IMG/VR virus record: IMGVR_UViG_3300029945_000001
Coordinates: 144,375 to 208,374 of that record
Strand: one strand, 5' to 3'
Length of the DNA stretch: 64,000 bases
The notes beneath the pieces are model-generated. The model saw nothing but the letters and a program-made list of their open reading frames with translations, did no database searches and had not been told where the DNA came from. This document shows positions 19,961 to 29,078 of this stretch, in pieces (the first letter of the stretch is position 1; every line of letters begins with the position of its first letter). The translations under genes were made by a program, and so were the position numbers.

Positions 19961-21532
19961 CTACGATGCTCCTACTAAAAATGTTAATTGATTTCCATTG
20001 GTATCACTACTATTATAAGATGTAAATTCTCCAACATAACCATTTAATGGATATTGAGTATCTCCTATCGTCATTAATGTTGTATTGTCCATCGTAAATC
20101 CATATGCTTCTAATGATACTAATGTTTTATTCTTTGCTAGAATAGAAATACCATCTACAGAATATCCAAATGCTATCGCTGTTTCAATTCCAGTATTTAT
20201 TGATGTTGTAATCTGTAAGTTCGTATCTTCGTATGGACAGGTTATAGTTAAAATGCTATTCATAATAACAAACGTCAATCCATTATCAAACGATAATAAT
20301 ACTTTTTCAGTCGTATCATTAAATGCTACAAATCTTAATACGAACATACCTTCTTGAGAATTTAATGAAATAGGAATATTTAAAGTATTAACAGGAATTG
20401 TTTGTTGTGATCCGTTCGTAATAATAAGAGGATGTAAGCCAGGAATAATAGTTTGTTGTAATCCATAGATAATAAATAAAGGAGCATCTGTTCCTAAATA
20501 TATATCGCTGTCTAATGAAGGAACTGAAATTACACTAACCGAAGAAGTAATATCATTTGTTGATTTATAATCAAATCCTAATTTAATAGAACCATTCGGT
20601 AAAAAAGAATAATAGGTTGTAAAGTCGCTACATGTAGAGATGATAGTTTGTTCTTGAAGATCAATATAAAAATAATCAGATACTTTATCTGTTATAAATA
20701 CTTTTATATATCTATTTGAATTTAATGGATATATCATAAAATTTAAATTCAATATATTTGAAGAAGATAAAGAAAATGGATACGTAAATCCAAACATATT
20801 CGTAGAAGAATTATCATTCAATTGATAGTATTTAGATAATGAAGAAATAGAAGATGGTCTTATAGATGTATTTACTAATGATATATTTGATAGATCTTCA
20901 CTAGATGTATTAATATTTGATAAAGCTCCATAAATAGGATACATCGGATCATTGAATGTATAATCTCCAACTAATCCATTTATATTAGAAAGATTACCAT
21001 TAATATCAATAGTATTAATTTTCTGAATACTTAAAGAATATGATCCGAGAATAGAATTTATAAATCCATTAAAAGAAAAGACAGGATCTGATGTAGGAGG
21101 AATACCAGGCATAAAAGAGTTTATAAGATTAGAGTGTGCATTCTTATCCAGATTATGAAGGGATATCAAGTCTTCAACTTCTGTATTCGTAACAATAACA
21201 GAATCAAAAGAAGATTCTCCCATAACACCAAATATCTGTATTTCAAAATCTTTGTAAGTCCCAACATTTCCAGATAATAACCAGGCATTGTAAATAGCTT
21301 GCATAACATCAAGATTAATACTCATAGTATCGATATTGTGAGGATTTGAGTTATCCATTAAGTGATTATTGATAATATCTTTTAATGTTGAAATAGTATT
21401 CGGATCAAAGTCTTTTTCAATTGTTTTTATTCTATCTACAAGTGCCGACAATGAAAGAGTATCTTTATTTATTTTTACAGTATCATCTCCAGTTGTAATA
21501 GAGTCAAACCCTGTTATAGTTCCTTTGACCAT
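19961..21532 (-). CDS. Virion structural/tail protein with NPH repeat and possible LamG-like C-terminus
   Basis: HLMDNSNPHNI and HNLDKNAHSNL motifs; C-terminal YVGEFTSYN. Confidence 0.55.
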   Translation of the reverse strand: MVKGTITGFDSITTGDDTVKINKDTLSLSALVDRIKTIEKDFDPNTISTLKDIINNHLMDNSNPHNIDTMSINLDVMQAIYNAWLLSGNVGTYKDFEIQIFGVMGESSFDSVIVTNTEVEDLISLHNLDKNAHSNLINSFMPGIPPTSDPVFSFNGFINSILGSYSLSIQKINTIDINGNLSNINGLVGDYTFNDPMYPIYGALSNINTSSEDLSNISLVNTSIRPSSISSLSKYYQLNDNSSTNMFGFTYPFSLSSSNILNLNFMIYPLNSNRYIKVFITDKVSDYFYIDLQEQTIISTCSDFTTYYSFLPNGSIKLGFDYKSTNDITSSVSVISVPSLDSDIYLGTDAPLFIIYGLQQTIIPGLHPLIITNGSQQTIPVNTLNIPISLNSQEGMFVLRFVAFNDTTEKVLLSFDNGLTFVIMNSILTITCPYEDTNLQITTSINTGIETAIAFGYSVDGISILAKNKTLVSLEAYGFTMDNTTLMTIGDTQYPLNGYVGEFTSYNSSDTNGNQLTFLVGAS

Positions 21533-21558
21533 TTTTTAAAGATCCTTTCCTCTGTTTC

Positions 21559-22449
21559 CTAGAAAAATAAATTTATTAAATCATCAGATAAACATCTATT
21601 ATAAACAAATAATTCAGAAATAGATGTATCTTGAAATTTTATAGCATTTATTATGATGTTTGTTTTTAATGATTTAGATATATACTGAAATGAATTCGAA
21701 GTATCTGTATAGTAAATGTTTACAGATGTAGTATTCATACTTAACATAAATTTATTAATACCCATAACAAGAGGTAAAGATTGTGTTTCGGTAAAATCAG
21801 GACCATTGACAGTCAATATAAGTACATCTTCTTTTTTCAAGAAAATGATATCCGAATATCCAGCATTTGATATAAAAGTTAATAGATTTTTAGTTGATGT
21901 TAATTCATCTATATTAAAAGAAATAGAAATTGTATTTCCTATATCAGAACTAATTTGATTAATAGTAACATTTTCAATAAAATCACTAGGGATATAAGAG
22001 TATGCATATGTTGGAATATATTGAGGTATATTTAGATTCTTAAATTGTGTAAAGAGATCTGGATGTGTATCTATATTACTATTATGATCTGATATGTCAT
22101 TCTTTGTTTCTTTTAAAGTAGCAAATAGATCTTTTGAACTTAAGAAAAACTTTATAAAACTTTGATAAGACATTGGGTATAAAACAGTTTTACAATATGC
22201 AGCATATACAACACTCAATATATTGTTTTGGATATAAATAAGTAGAGCAGTATAGTAACTATCAGTTTCACTTAAATTATAAAGATGACTGTAGAACATC
22301 GTTAATAGATTATCTATTTCAGTACAATCATAAATACTTTCTAATTGTGTTATCTTTTCATTTAATCTAGACCATGTTTTAAATGATAAAAGTTCTTGTT
22401 TTTTAGATCCTAAAATAGATGTAAAATTATGTATAGTATTGGTACTCAT
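21559..22449 (-). CDS. Virion structural protein, shorter paralog of 19961-21532
   Basis: HNSNIDTHPDL motif, ISELFVYNRCLS C-terminus. Confidence 0.5.
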   Translation of the reverse strand: MSTNTIHNFTSILGSKKQELLSFKTWSRLNEKITQLESIYDCTEIDNLLTMFYSHLYNLSETDSYYTALLIYIQNNILSVVYAAYCKTVLYPMSYQSFIKFFLSSKDLFATLKETKNDISDHNSNIDTHPDLFTQFKNLNIPQYIPTYAYSYIPSDFIENVTINQISSDIGNTISISFNIDELTSTKNLLTFISNAGYSDIIFLKKEDVLILTVNGPDFTETQSLPLVMGINKFMLSMNTTSVNIYYTDTSNSFQYISKSLKTNIIINAIKFQDTSISELFVYNRCLSDDLINLFF

Positions 22450-22576
22450 ACTGATTTCCCTTTCTTTTAAAAAGGATTAGTCATAAAATGACAAAGTAAA
22501 TAATAGTAAAAAATATATCTTTAAATAAAGTAAAAATACTATAAATTAACTTTAGTTCAGAAAAGGTATAAAAGAT

Positions 22577-23965
22577 ATGGTTAGTATCTTTTCATCTGTT
22601 TCTATCAAAGAAACTGCATTTACTCCACATTTTAATACTGGTACTCATTATGATAGTGCAACTGGTGTTTTTGTTCCTGGTCATCATGGTGGTATGATTA
22701 TGAATGGTGGATTAACGTCCACGAATGCTACAGTTGGTCGTGAACAAATGTTTAAATCGACTGAAGCTATTAGTAAAGTTTTATTTACATTGATATTCTA
22801 TCCAGATACTGATTGTATTATTTATGATACTGAATTTGCTCAGAAGATCCAGAGACTTCTCAAGTTTATTCCTGAAAGTCTTCGTAAAGGTATCGAAGAG
22901 CGCATTCGTATTATTAAAACAACTGACTATACTCCTGAAGAAGTCTTTAAACTTATTATTCAAATTGGTAAAATGAAATTAGAACATAAGAAAGATTTTA
23001 CTGAAGAGTCTCCATTTACTGATATTAAAGGCGAGAAAATTAAAATCTTAAGACCTACTATTGTCGTATTCGATAGTTGGACAAAAATGAATAGCACTAA
23101 AGTTGTTGAAAGTTTTGAAAAAGTTGATGTTGGATCTTCTGATCAGAACATGGTATTCATGACAGATGGTAAGATGAAAACATTGATGATGTCACAACTT
23201 CCTGTGTTTGCTGTTAAGTACGGATTTATCTTTGTGTTGACTGCGCACATTGGTGATAAAATGGATCTTAATCCATATGCTGCTACACCTAAAGACTTAC
23301 AGCATATGAAAGGATCTGATAAGATCAAAGGCGTTGGTGCTGATTTTACATTCTTGATTTCTAATCTAAGTGATACTCGTAAAGTTGAGTTATTGTTAGA
23401 TAGCAATAAAAAATGTTTATATCCGATTAAGAACGGATCTGATGTTGAGCTTAGTGAATTAACAACGATTATTGCTAGAAATAAGAATAACGTTTCTGGT
23501 TCTATTTGTCCCTTTGTTGTTTCGCAATATGAAGGCATTCGTACTTCCTTATCATTTTATCATTATCTTAGAAATCATGATTATTATGGTTTAAATGGTA
23601 ATAAGCAAGATCATGAGCTTTGTATTTATCCTGGTGAAAAACTATCAAGAACGACTATTCGTGTTAAGACTGATAGCGATCCTAAACTTCGTAGAGGATT
23701 AGAAATTGTAAGTCAATTTAAGTATATTAAAGATAATTGGAATCTATCTCTATTAGATGTTGATTTTACAATTGATATTAATAAATTTGCAGAAGGTATC
23801 TTGGGAAAAGATGGATTGGCTAATGATATATTAGAGTCTCGCGGATTTTGGACTTATGATAAAGAAAATACAACTCCATATTTATCTGTTTATGATATTG
23901 TTGCTATTGTTACTGGTAAATATGAGTCTAAGTATTTCAACCTCGGACAAAAGAAGGATAAATAA
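22577..23965 (+). CDS. uvsX: RecA/UvsX-like recombinase (phiKZ gp152-like)
   Basis: Variant Walker A GREQMFKST, YDTEF, Walker B VVFDSWT, LTAHIGD, RNKNN. Confidence 0.85.
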   Translation: MVSIFSSVSIKETAFTPHFNTGTHYDSATGVFVPGHHGGMIMNGGLTSTNATVGREQMFKSTEAISKVLFTLIFYPDTDCIIYDTEFAQKIQRLLKFIPESLRKGIEERIRIIKTTDYTPEEVFKLIIQIGKMKLEHKKDFTEESPFTDIKGEKIKILRPTIVVFDSWTKMNSTKVVESFEKVDVGSSDQNMVFMTDGKMKTLMMSQLPVFAVKYGFIFVLTAHIGDKMDLNPYAATPKDLQHMKGSDKIKGVGADFTFLISNLSDTRKVELLLDSNKKCLYPIKNGSDVELSELTTIIARNKNNVSGSICPFVVSQYEGIRTSLSFYHYLRNHDYYGLNGNKQDHELCIYPGEKLSRTTIRVKTDSDPKLRRGLEIVSQFKYIKDNWNLSLLDVDFTIDINKFAEGILGKDGLANDILESRGFWTYDKENTTPYLSVYDIVAIVTGKYESKYFNLGQKKDK

Positions 23966-23968
23966 AAT

Positions 23969-24361
23969 ATGGATGCTATGAGTTTGGGTAAGGATTATGT
24001 TAGTAGTGAAATTATTAAAACCATTGATCTTATTAAAAGTATTAAAAATAAAGATTTGATGTATCACAGAATTACAAGTTTTCAAGATGTTAATCGTAGA
24101 GAAACGAATGAAGTTTTAGGAAATAGTATTAAAAAGTATATGTTTAAAGAAGATGGTACTGTTATTAAGAAAAGACTTTATAATCCAAGCACGACTACTT
24201 TTATTCTCGTCGAATTGGTTAATAAGAATAATATTAAAAAGATTTATTATTTTGATACTACTTTGTTCTTTAAGAAAATGGGATTAACATTACAAGATGT
24301 TAGTGAAGAGATAGTTCATCTTGAAAGTTTATTAAGTATGATCTCACAAAGGATCATCTAG
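23969..24361 (+). CDS. Hypothetical protein
   Basis: 130-aa ORF coupled to uvsX. Confidence 0.6.
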   Translation: MDAMSLGKDYVSSEIIKTIDLIKSIKNKDLMYHRITSFQDVNRRETNEVLGNSIKKYMFKEDGTVIKKRLYNPSTTTFILVELVNKNNIKKIYYFDTTLFFKKMGLTLQDVSEEIVHLESLLSMISQRII

Positions 24362-24373
24362 ACAATATAGATA

Positions 24374-24402
24374 ACAGAAGAGAGGCTAAGCCTCTCTTCT
24401 GT
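24374..24402. terminator. Bidirectional terminator hairpin
   Basis: acagaagagaggc-taa-gcctctcttctgt between convergent operons. Confidence 0.75.
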
Positions 24403-24407
24403 TGTCA

Positions 24408-24782
24408 TTACACTGTAGACCAGCTTGTACCATCAAATACACAAATAGCACTATCGCCATTATGTCTTAACAAAACACTATCTTGTTCATCGATCTTATT
24501 TCCATTACCACAAATTGTTATATTAAAGTACTGTGCTATATTTTTAGTATCTTTAATAAAATATACCGTATTTGTATCTGGAGTAGCAGGAAGATTGATT
24601 GTTACATTTTCTGGATTGTCATATCGAATACTGACGATAACAACATTTGATTGATAAATACCTAAGGTATAAACAGATCCTGATGTAAGACACGTAGTAT
24701 AAACTGGATTTGTTTGTGAATTACCATATGCCAACATAAATGGTTTTATAGTTGCGATAATGTAGTCTTTTAAGTTGATCAT
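24408..24782 (-). CDS. Small tail-fibre-associated beta protein
   Basis: VTINLPATP..NTVYFIKD..ITICGNGNKID..DSAICVFDGTSW module common in tail-fibre proteins. Confidence 0.55.
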   Translation of the reverse strand: MINLKDYIIATIKPFMLAYGNSQTNPVYTTCLTSGSVYTLGIYQSNVVIVSIRYDNPENVTINLPATPDTNTVYFIKDTKNIAQYFNITICGNGNKIDEQDSVLLRHNGDSAICVFDGTSWSTV

Positions 24783-24791
24783 GTATTTCTC

Positions 24792-25301
24792 CTATTTATA
24801 CCAGTAAGCATTGCTAGACGAACTATTACCAGAATCAAATGCATTTATATACCATACATCATTATACCCAAGAAGACTCATTTTATTGTTTTTTGCTAAT
24901 ACATATGTAGTATTATCATTGATAGAAAATGTATTGGTTGGTGCACAATTCAAGACAATAGCATCTGTAGTCATATTTAAAAATTCAATATTGAAGTAAT
25001 TTGTTAGTGAACTTATATCTGGTAGAACAATAAATTTAGTACCATTTAAAAGACATCTAGAATTATTGTTTGTATTGTCTACTTCTAATATCGGTATTGT
25101 TACTTCATCAACAACGAGCGATTGAGGAGCCCATAATGCAGTCTGAGCATCTCCAGATTGTATACATGTCCAAAATATACCACTATTTTTATCATAACAA
25201 ATATCTGGAGGAGATCCATTAAACGATACTTCTCCAGCTAAAATACCATTAGGGTTTTTAGGTACTAAAAAACAAGTTACAGCAGATAGATCGCTTGACA
25301 T
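24792..25301 (-). CDS. Tail-fibre-associated protein, related module
   Basis: FIVLPDIS..FNIEFLN..IVLNC..NTFSIND..MSLLGYNDVWY resembles the neighbouring module. Confidence 0.5.
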   Translation of the reverse strand: MSSDLSAVTCFLVPKNPNGILAGEVSFNGSPPDICYDKNSGIFWTCIQSGDAQTALWAPQSLVVDEVTIPILEVDNTNNNSRCLLNGTKFIVLPDISSLTNYFNIEFLNMTTDAIVLNCAPTNTFSINDNTTYVLAKNNKMSLLGYNDVWYINAFDSGNSSSSNAYWYK

Positions 25302-25304
25302 GAA

Positions 25305-25940
25305 TTATGTATTCCCCTGATCTATAGTTGTATTAATAGCATCAAATGGCGCCATCAAATCTAACGTAACTAATTCATCAAAGTTGTTATTATTACATAA
25401 TGTTTCTATCTGATTTGAAAGATCAAATTGTGTTTTATAAATTGTTTGAATACACTGATTAATGAATGTGGTAATTGATGTTATATCTGAAACTTCTAGT
25501 GCTATACGACCACACCAATAGATGGGAGAAGCGATAGTACCATTTGTTAATTGAGATAATAGAGAATTCAAATCGTTATTTAGAATACTAATATTAACAC
25601 CGTTATAAATAACAGATTTACTAAGTGCAGTATCTCTGTTTGCTTTAGCGATATTTGATAATGTAGTTAATAGTTCAGTATAAGCTTTAGGTGTTGCCGT
25701 ATATGTGATATCTGGACCATTTCTGTTTTCAACAACATCGTAATACGTAATATCAGGAAGAGTATCATGATAGTTAATATCAACAAATCCATTTAATGTT
25801 CTAAAATCAGGATTGGATATCATAGATCCATGATACTGAAATCCATTTAACGTAAAGAATGCGCCATCACTAAAGTATTCATTTAAAACAGGGTGATAAT
25901 ATTTTTCGGTATCTAAGAAACCTGTTGTCTGACTTGTCAT
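25305..25940 (-). CDS. Putative tail-fibre assembly/chaperone protein
   Basis: Position in the fibre cluster; C-terminal half AKANRDTALSKSVIYNG...IYW resembles DUF4376-type assembly proteins. Confidence 0.4.
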   Translation of the reverse strand: MTSQTTGFLDTEKYYHPVLNEYFSDGAFFTLNGFQYHGSMISNPDFRTLNGFVDINYHDTLPDITYYDVVENRNGPDITYTATPKAYTELLTTLSNIAKANRDTALSKSVIYNGVNISILNNDLNSLLSQLTNGTIASPIYWCGRIALEVSDITSITTFINQCIQTIYKTQFDLSNQIETLCNNNNFDELVTLDLMAPFDAINTTIDQGNT

Positions 25941-25976
25941 CTTTAGTTTTCCTTGTATGTGTTTGCTTTATTAAAA

Positions 25977-26135
25977 CTATTTAGTGAGACCTAAAATAAG
26001 CCCAGTTCCTGTTATGGTAGCATAACTTATGCCCACAATACAATTACCGGCAGCACCGCCACCAGATCCAGAATTTCCAAGACCGTCGTCAGTACCACGA
26101 GATCCAGCCTGACCGAAATCGCTCCATCCGCCAGC
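25977..26135 (-). pseudogene. Orphan C-terminal remnant of a second gp38-like glycine-rich adhesin
   Basis: Manual translation: AGGWSDFGQAGSRGTDDGLGNSGSGGGAAGNCIVGISYATITGTGLILGLTK*. Aligns with the end of 26309-27034 (GGPPGYAITGISNVTWIAKGTILGPTQ*). No own start or RBS. Confidence 0.75.
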
Positions 26136-26296
26136 TAAGACGCTTCCGCCTGCCGGCGTTGCTGAAGGCGAGCCGACATTTCCGACAAGACTTCGGGATG
26201 AGCCAGGATGTAGTGGTGCACGGCGGCATCGAAGCCGTATTTGCCCAGCACCAGGCCCATCGATGCCGCTGCAATAAGGTGAAAACGTGATTTCAT
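26135..26296 (-). pseudogene. 53-aa truncated DsbA-family-like N-terminus (signal/anchor plus YILAHPEVL helix)
   Basis: RBS aggaga overlaps the adhesin stop; MKSRFHLIAAASMGLVLGKYGFDAAVHHYILAHPEVLSEMSARLQQRRQAEAS*; GC-rich; no thioredoxin CxxC domain follows. Confidence 0.6.
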
Positions 26297-26308
26297 TTCA
26301 AATTTCTC

Positions 26309-27034
26309 CTACTGCGTCGGGCCAAGGATCGTGCCCTTAGCTATCCAAGTCACATTTGAAATGCCGGTGATCGCATAACCGGGCGGGCCACCGTTCCCGC
26401 CGCCGTTGTATGATCCGACAGACCCGTTTTGGCCGTACGCACCGGGGGCTCCCCCAGCACCACTGGAACCAGCACCAGAGGTGCCGCCGCCCTGAGCGCC
26501 GCCACCTACCGACAGGGTTCCTGAATTGCCGGCGCCGTTATATCCGTTTGACGGACTCCATCCGGGAACTGCCCCTGCGCCGCCGCCACCGTTGCCGCCC
26601 CAGCCATAAGTCGTGTATTCACATCCGCCACCGCCACCACCACCACCGCCACTCTGGATCGTGCCTAAATTTGTGATTGTGATTTTCTGCAAGGTGGAAA
26701 TGGCAGGGCCACCGCTGCCACCGCTACCGCCACCGCCATCACCACCACCGCCACCGCCGCCCTGGCCGCCGGCACCTACAATATAAGCACCAACCATTAC
26801 ATTAAGAGAAATATTAGAACTAGCAGGAAAACTATTGATAGTTAGTGCATACGTACTTGTTGATATCGATCCGATAATTGCAGATGAAGCAATATTTAAT
26901 TTGACATTAATAGGATTTTTACCATTCCAACCATAATTAGTAGTAAGATCAGTATTTAATACGTAATTATAAATAGTTCCAGATAAATTTATTACTACTG
27001 ATTGTACAGAGCTGGCAGGATTGAGTATAAACAT
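26309..27034 (-). CDS. T2/T6 gp38-like glycine-rich receptor-binding adhesin
   Basis: beta-rich N-terminus then GAGGQGGGGG / ITNLGTIQSGGGGGGGG polyglycine repeats and a terminal GYAITG..VTWI..GTILG motif. Confidence 0.8.
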   Translation of the reverse strand: MFILNPASSVQSVVINLSGTIYNYVLNTDLTTNYGWNGKNPINVKLNIASSAIIGSISTSTYALTINSFPASSNISLNVMVGAYIVGAGGQGGGGGGGDGGGGSGGSGGPAISTLQKITITNLGTIQSGGGGGGGGGCEYTTYGWGGNGGGGAGAVPGWSPSNGYNGAGNSGTLSVGGGAQGGGTSGAGSSGAGGAPGAYGQNGSVGSYNGGGNGGPPGYAITGISNVTWIAKGTILGPTQ

Positions 27035-27036
27035 AG

Positions 27037-27087
27037 TTAATAAACTTTTTTGTTTGAATAGAATTCTAATCTATTTAAAATATACAT
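27037..27087 (-). other. 16-codon upstream ORF carrying the strong RBS (aggagga), out of frame with the adhesin
   Basis: MYILNRLEFYSNKKVY* stops 2 nt before ATG 27034; contains an A6 run at 27046-27051. Confidence 0.6.
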
Positions 27088-27114
27088 AATGATTCCTCCT
27101 AATAGAAATACAGA

Positions 27115-27123
27115 TCATATAAT
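27115..27123 (-). promoter_or_regulatory. Putative late promoter ATTATATGA
   Basis: TATG core as in phiKZ late promoters; same 9-mer at 37610, 58085 and 60600, all intergenic. Confidence 0.45.
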
Positions 27124-27131
27124 GGATTTAA

Positions 27132-27164
27132 AGATAGGAGAAGGCGCGATACCTTCTCCTATCT
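27132..27164 (-). terminator. Terminator hairpin
   Basis: agataggagaagg-cgcgata-ccttctcctatct. Confidence 0.7.
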
Positions 27165-27177
27165 CATATCAGTTGTC

Positions 27178-27698
27178 TTAAGAACCCCAGATATTCCGTC
27201 TATTTTCAGGAAGATTATCTCTATCAATATAAACAGGAATATATCCAGTTTTCATTTCAAAAGCAAGAACAAAAGGAACAATATAAGAAGTATAATTCAT
27301 TTCACAATTTTGATCAAAGAGTTCACCGTATAACGACATACAAGAACCAGTACAAATACCAACAACAGGACATGATTTACAATTATCTCTTTGAGACCAG
27401 TGAGTAATTGCATCTAATTTAACATTAGTAATATCAGTAATAGATCCACGTTGTGTGATTTTCCATTTAAAGCAATATCAAGACTGCTAGCATTAGGGCA
27501 AGAAATAATATTACCTGACATATCAACAGCTAAATAAAAAGCACTATTCATATTACAGAAATTATAACTGGTTATCTGACTTTCATCAAATAGAACATAT
27601 GTTTTATCTCTGATGAAACTAATGATATTGCCAAGATTAAAATTAGCATAACTTTTATCGTTTGTCCAATCGAGTGTTTTTTTGAGTATCTTAGTTAT
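27178..27698 (-). pseudogene. Radical SAM/SPASM protein C-terminal remnant, 5' deleted and frameshifted
   Basis: Manual translation: NFCNMNSAFYLAVDMSGNIISCPN...NGKSHNV [-1 shift near 27447] GSITDITNVKLDAITHWSQRDNCKSCPVVGICTGSCMSLYGELFDQNCE...RNIWGS*. CxxCx5Cx3C SPASM motif; no start codon. Confidence 0.8.
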
Positions 27699-27750
27699 TT
27701 AAATTAGCAGCAATATTTACCATAGTAATTGTTCCTGTATTTTCTGCCAC
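27691..27750 (-). pseudogene. 19-aa N-terminal stub of a small tail-tip gene
   Basis: RBS aggaga, GTG start, MAENTGTITMVNIAANLNN*; resembles MAL..SGAISMS.I..EL starts that follow chaperone-bearing fibres. Confidence 0.4.
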
Positions 27751-27818
27751 AGTATATGTCTCCTGTGTCTCTATGGTTGATACTATATATAATTTATTCT
27801 ATACGATAAATTGTAAAA

Positions 27819-27858
27819 GTTAAGGATAGGATGAGCCTAGGCTCATCCTATCCTTAAC
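27819..27858 (-). terminator. Perfect 40-bp palindrome/terminator
   Basis: gttaaggataggatgagcct|aggctcatcctatccttaac. Confidence 0.7.
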
Positions 27859-27871
27859 CACATAAAATAAA

Positions 27872-29062
27872 TCATTTATTTTCTATAATTGACAATCGTC
27901 TATCTATATCTTTTATTGCTTCTACAATAATACCCATCATATTTCCATAAGCAACACTTAATGTATCATTATTATTAATGACAACTTCTGGTAAAACCTT
28001 TTGAATATCCTGGGCAATAAGACCAGACTGGCGTTCTCCAGTATCTATACGAGTGTATGTATATCCAGTCAATTGTTTAATCTTACTGATAGAATCCTCA
28101 ATAACTTTTAAATCTTTCTTTAATTTAATATCAGAATATGCAGTAAGATTTGCCAGTGCCACTAAGTTACCAGAAGTATCAATAGTCATTAGTGCATTTC
28201 CAGCATCGGTATTGTCCATAATTCTGAAATAGCCATTACTAGCATCAATAAATTTATCAGCCGGTGTTGTTCCAGTACCAACAACCCGAATAGAATTAAA
28301 TGGAGTATTGGAATTTGCACTCACATTAGATGTATAATCTTCTAATGTAGTATTTAATACTGTCGTTGATACATATTCGGAAAGATCAATGTTTGCTAAA
28401 GCTGTAGCTAATGCAGTATTCGTTACATAGTTCTGTAAAGTTGCTGTTAGTATTTTATTTGTTACATAATCAGTTAAATATGTACTAATATTATCAGACA
28501 TGACATAATCGCCAGCAGGGCTATATTCAGCCAATATTTTATTTAATGCATCTAAAGTGACATAATCCAATAATGTAGTATCAAGATCGGTGATTTTTTC
28601 ATAACTATTTAAATCTTGTATAATCTGAGCAATACTGCTATCAACTGATTGTTCGAATGTAACAAGTTCGTTTGTTAAATCTGATTGTCCAGTACCAACT
28701 GTCTGTGTAATCTCTGATAGAGCTGTTGTGATAGCAGCATTCACAAACCTGGTATTGGCAGCGCCAGATGAATTATTATCAGTAGCAAGATCTGGAACAT
28801 TACAACTTTCTGTAAAGGTAGCATTGGTTGTATCGGCTTTCGAATTTAAAATATTGAAAAGATTAATATAATCATTTATATTACATAATGTTTTTAAATT
28901 GGCATAAAGTGTAACACCATCACCTATTTTAATGATACCCGTGCTACTATCTATAGTAATTAGACCATATGGAATAGGAACTGATGTATTATTCCAATCT
29001 GCTTGTGTGGCATTTAATCTTTGAAAAATACCTTGAATAACTATGGGTGTTGACATAGACAT
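27872..29062 (-). CDS. Tail fibre with Mtd_N/hyaluronidase-type N-terminus and Peptidase_S74 intramolecular chaperone
   Basis: N-terminal T.ADW...PIPYGLITID...KIGDGVTLY..L; LxDYVT repeats; C-terminal YSDIKLKKDL...IKQLTGYTY...GLIAQDIQKVLPE...VAYGNM...VEAIKD. Confidence 0.88.
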   Translation of the reverse strand: MSMSTPIVIQGIFQRLNATQADWNNTSVPIPYGLITIDSSTGIIKIGDGVTLYANLKTLCNINDYINLFNILNSKADTTNATFTESCNVPDLATDNNSSGAANTRFVNAAITTALSEITQTVGTGQSDLTNELVTFEQSVDSSIAQIIQDLNSYEKITDLDTTLLDYVTLDALNKILAEYSPAGDYVMSDNISTYLTDYVTNKILTATLQNYVTNTALATALANIDLSEYVSTTVLNTTLEDYTSNVSANSNTPFNSIRVVGTGTTPADKFIDASNGYFRIMDNTDAGNALMTIDTSGNLVALANLTAYSDIKLKKDLKVIEDSISKIKQLTGYTYTRIDTGERQSGLIAQDIQKVLPEVVINNNDTLSVAYGNMMGIIVEAIKDIDRRLSIIENK

Positions 29063-29078
29063 ATACTTCTCCTATCTC

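Noticed and set aside
26089-26274. 61-aa ORF from the track
   Set aside because: Wrong frame; the RBS-bearing 53-aa ORF and the adhesin remnant in the other two frames explain the region.
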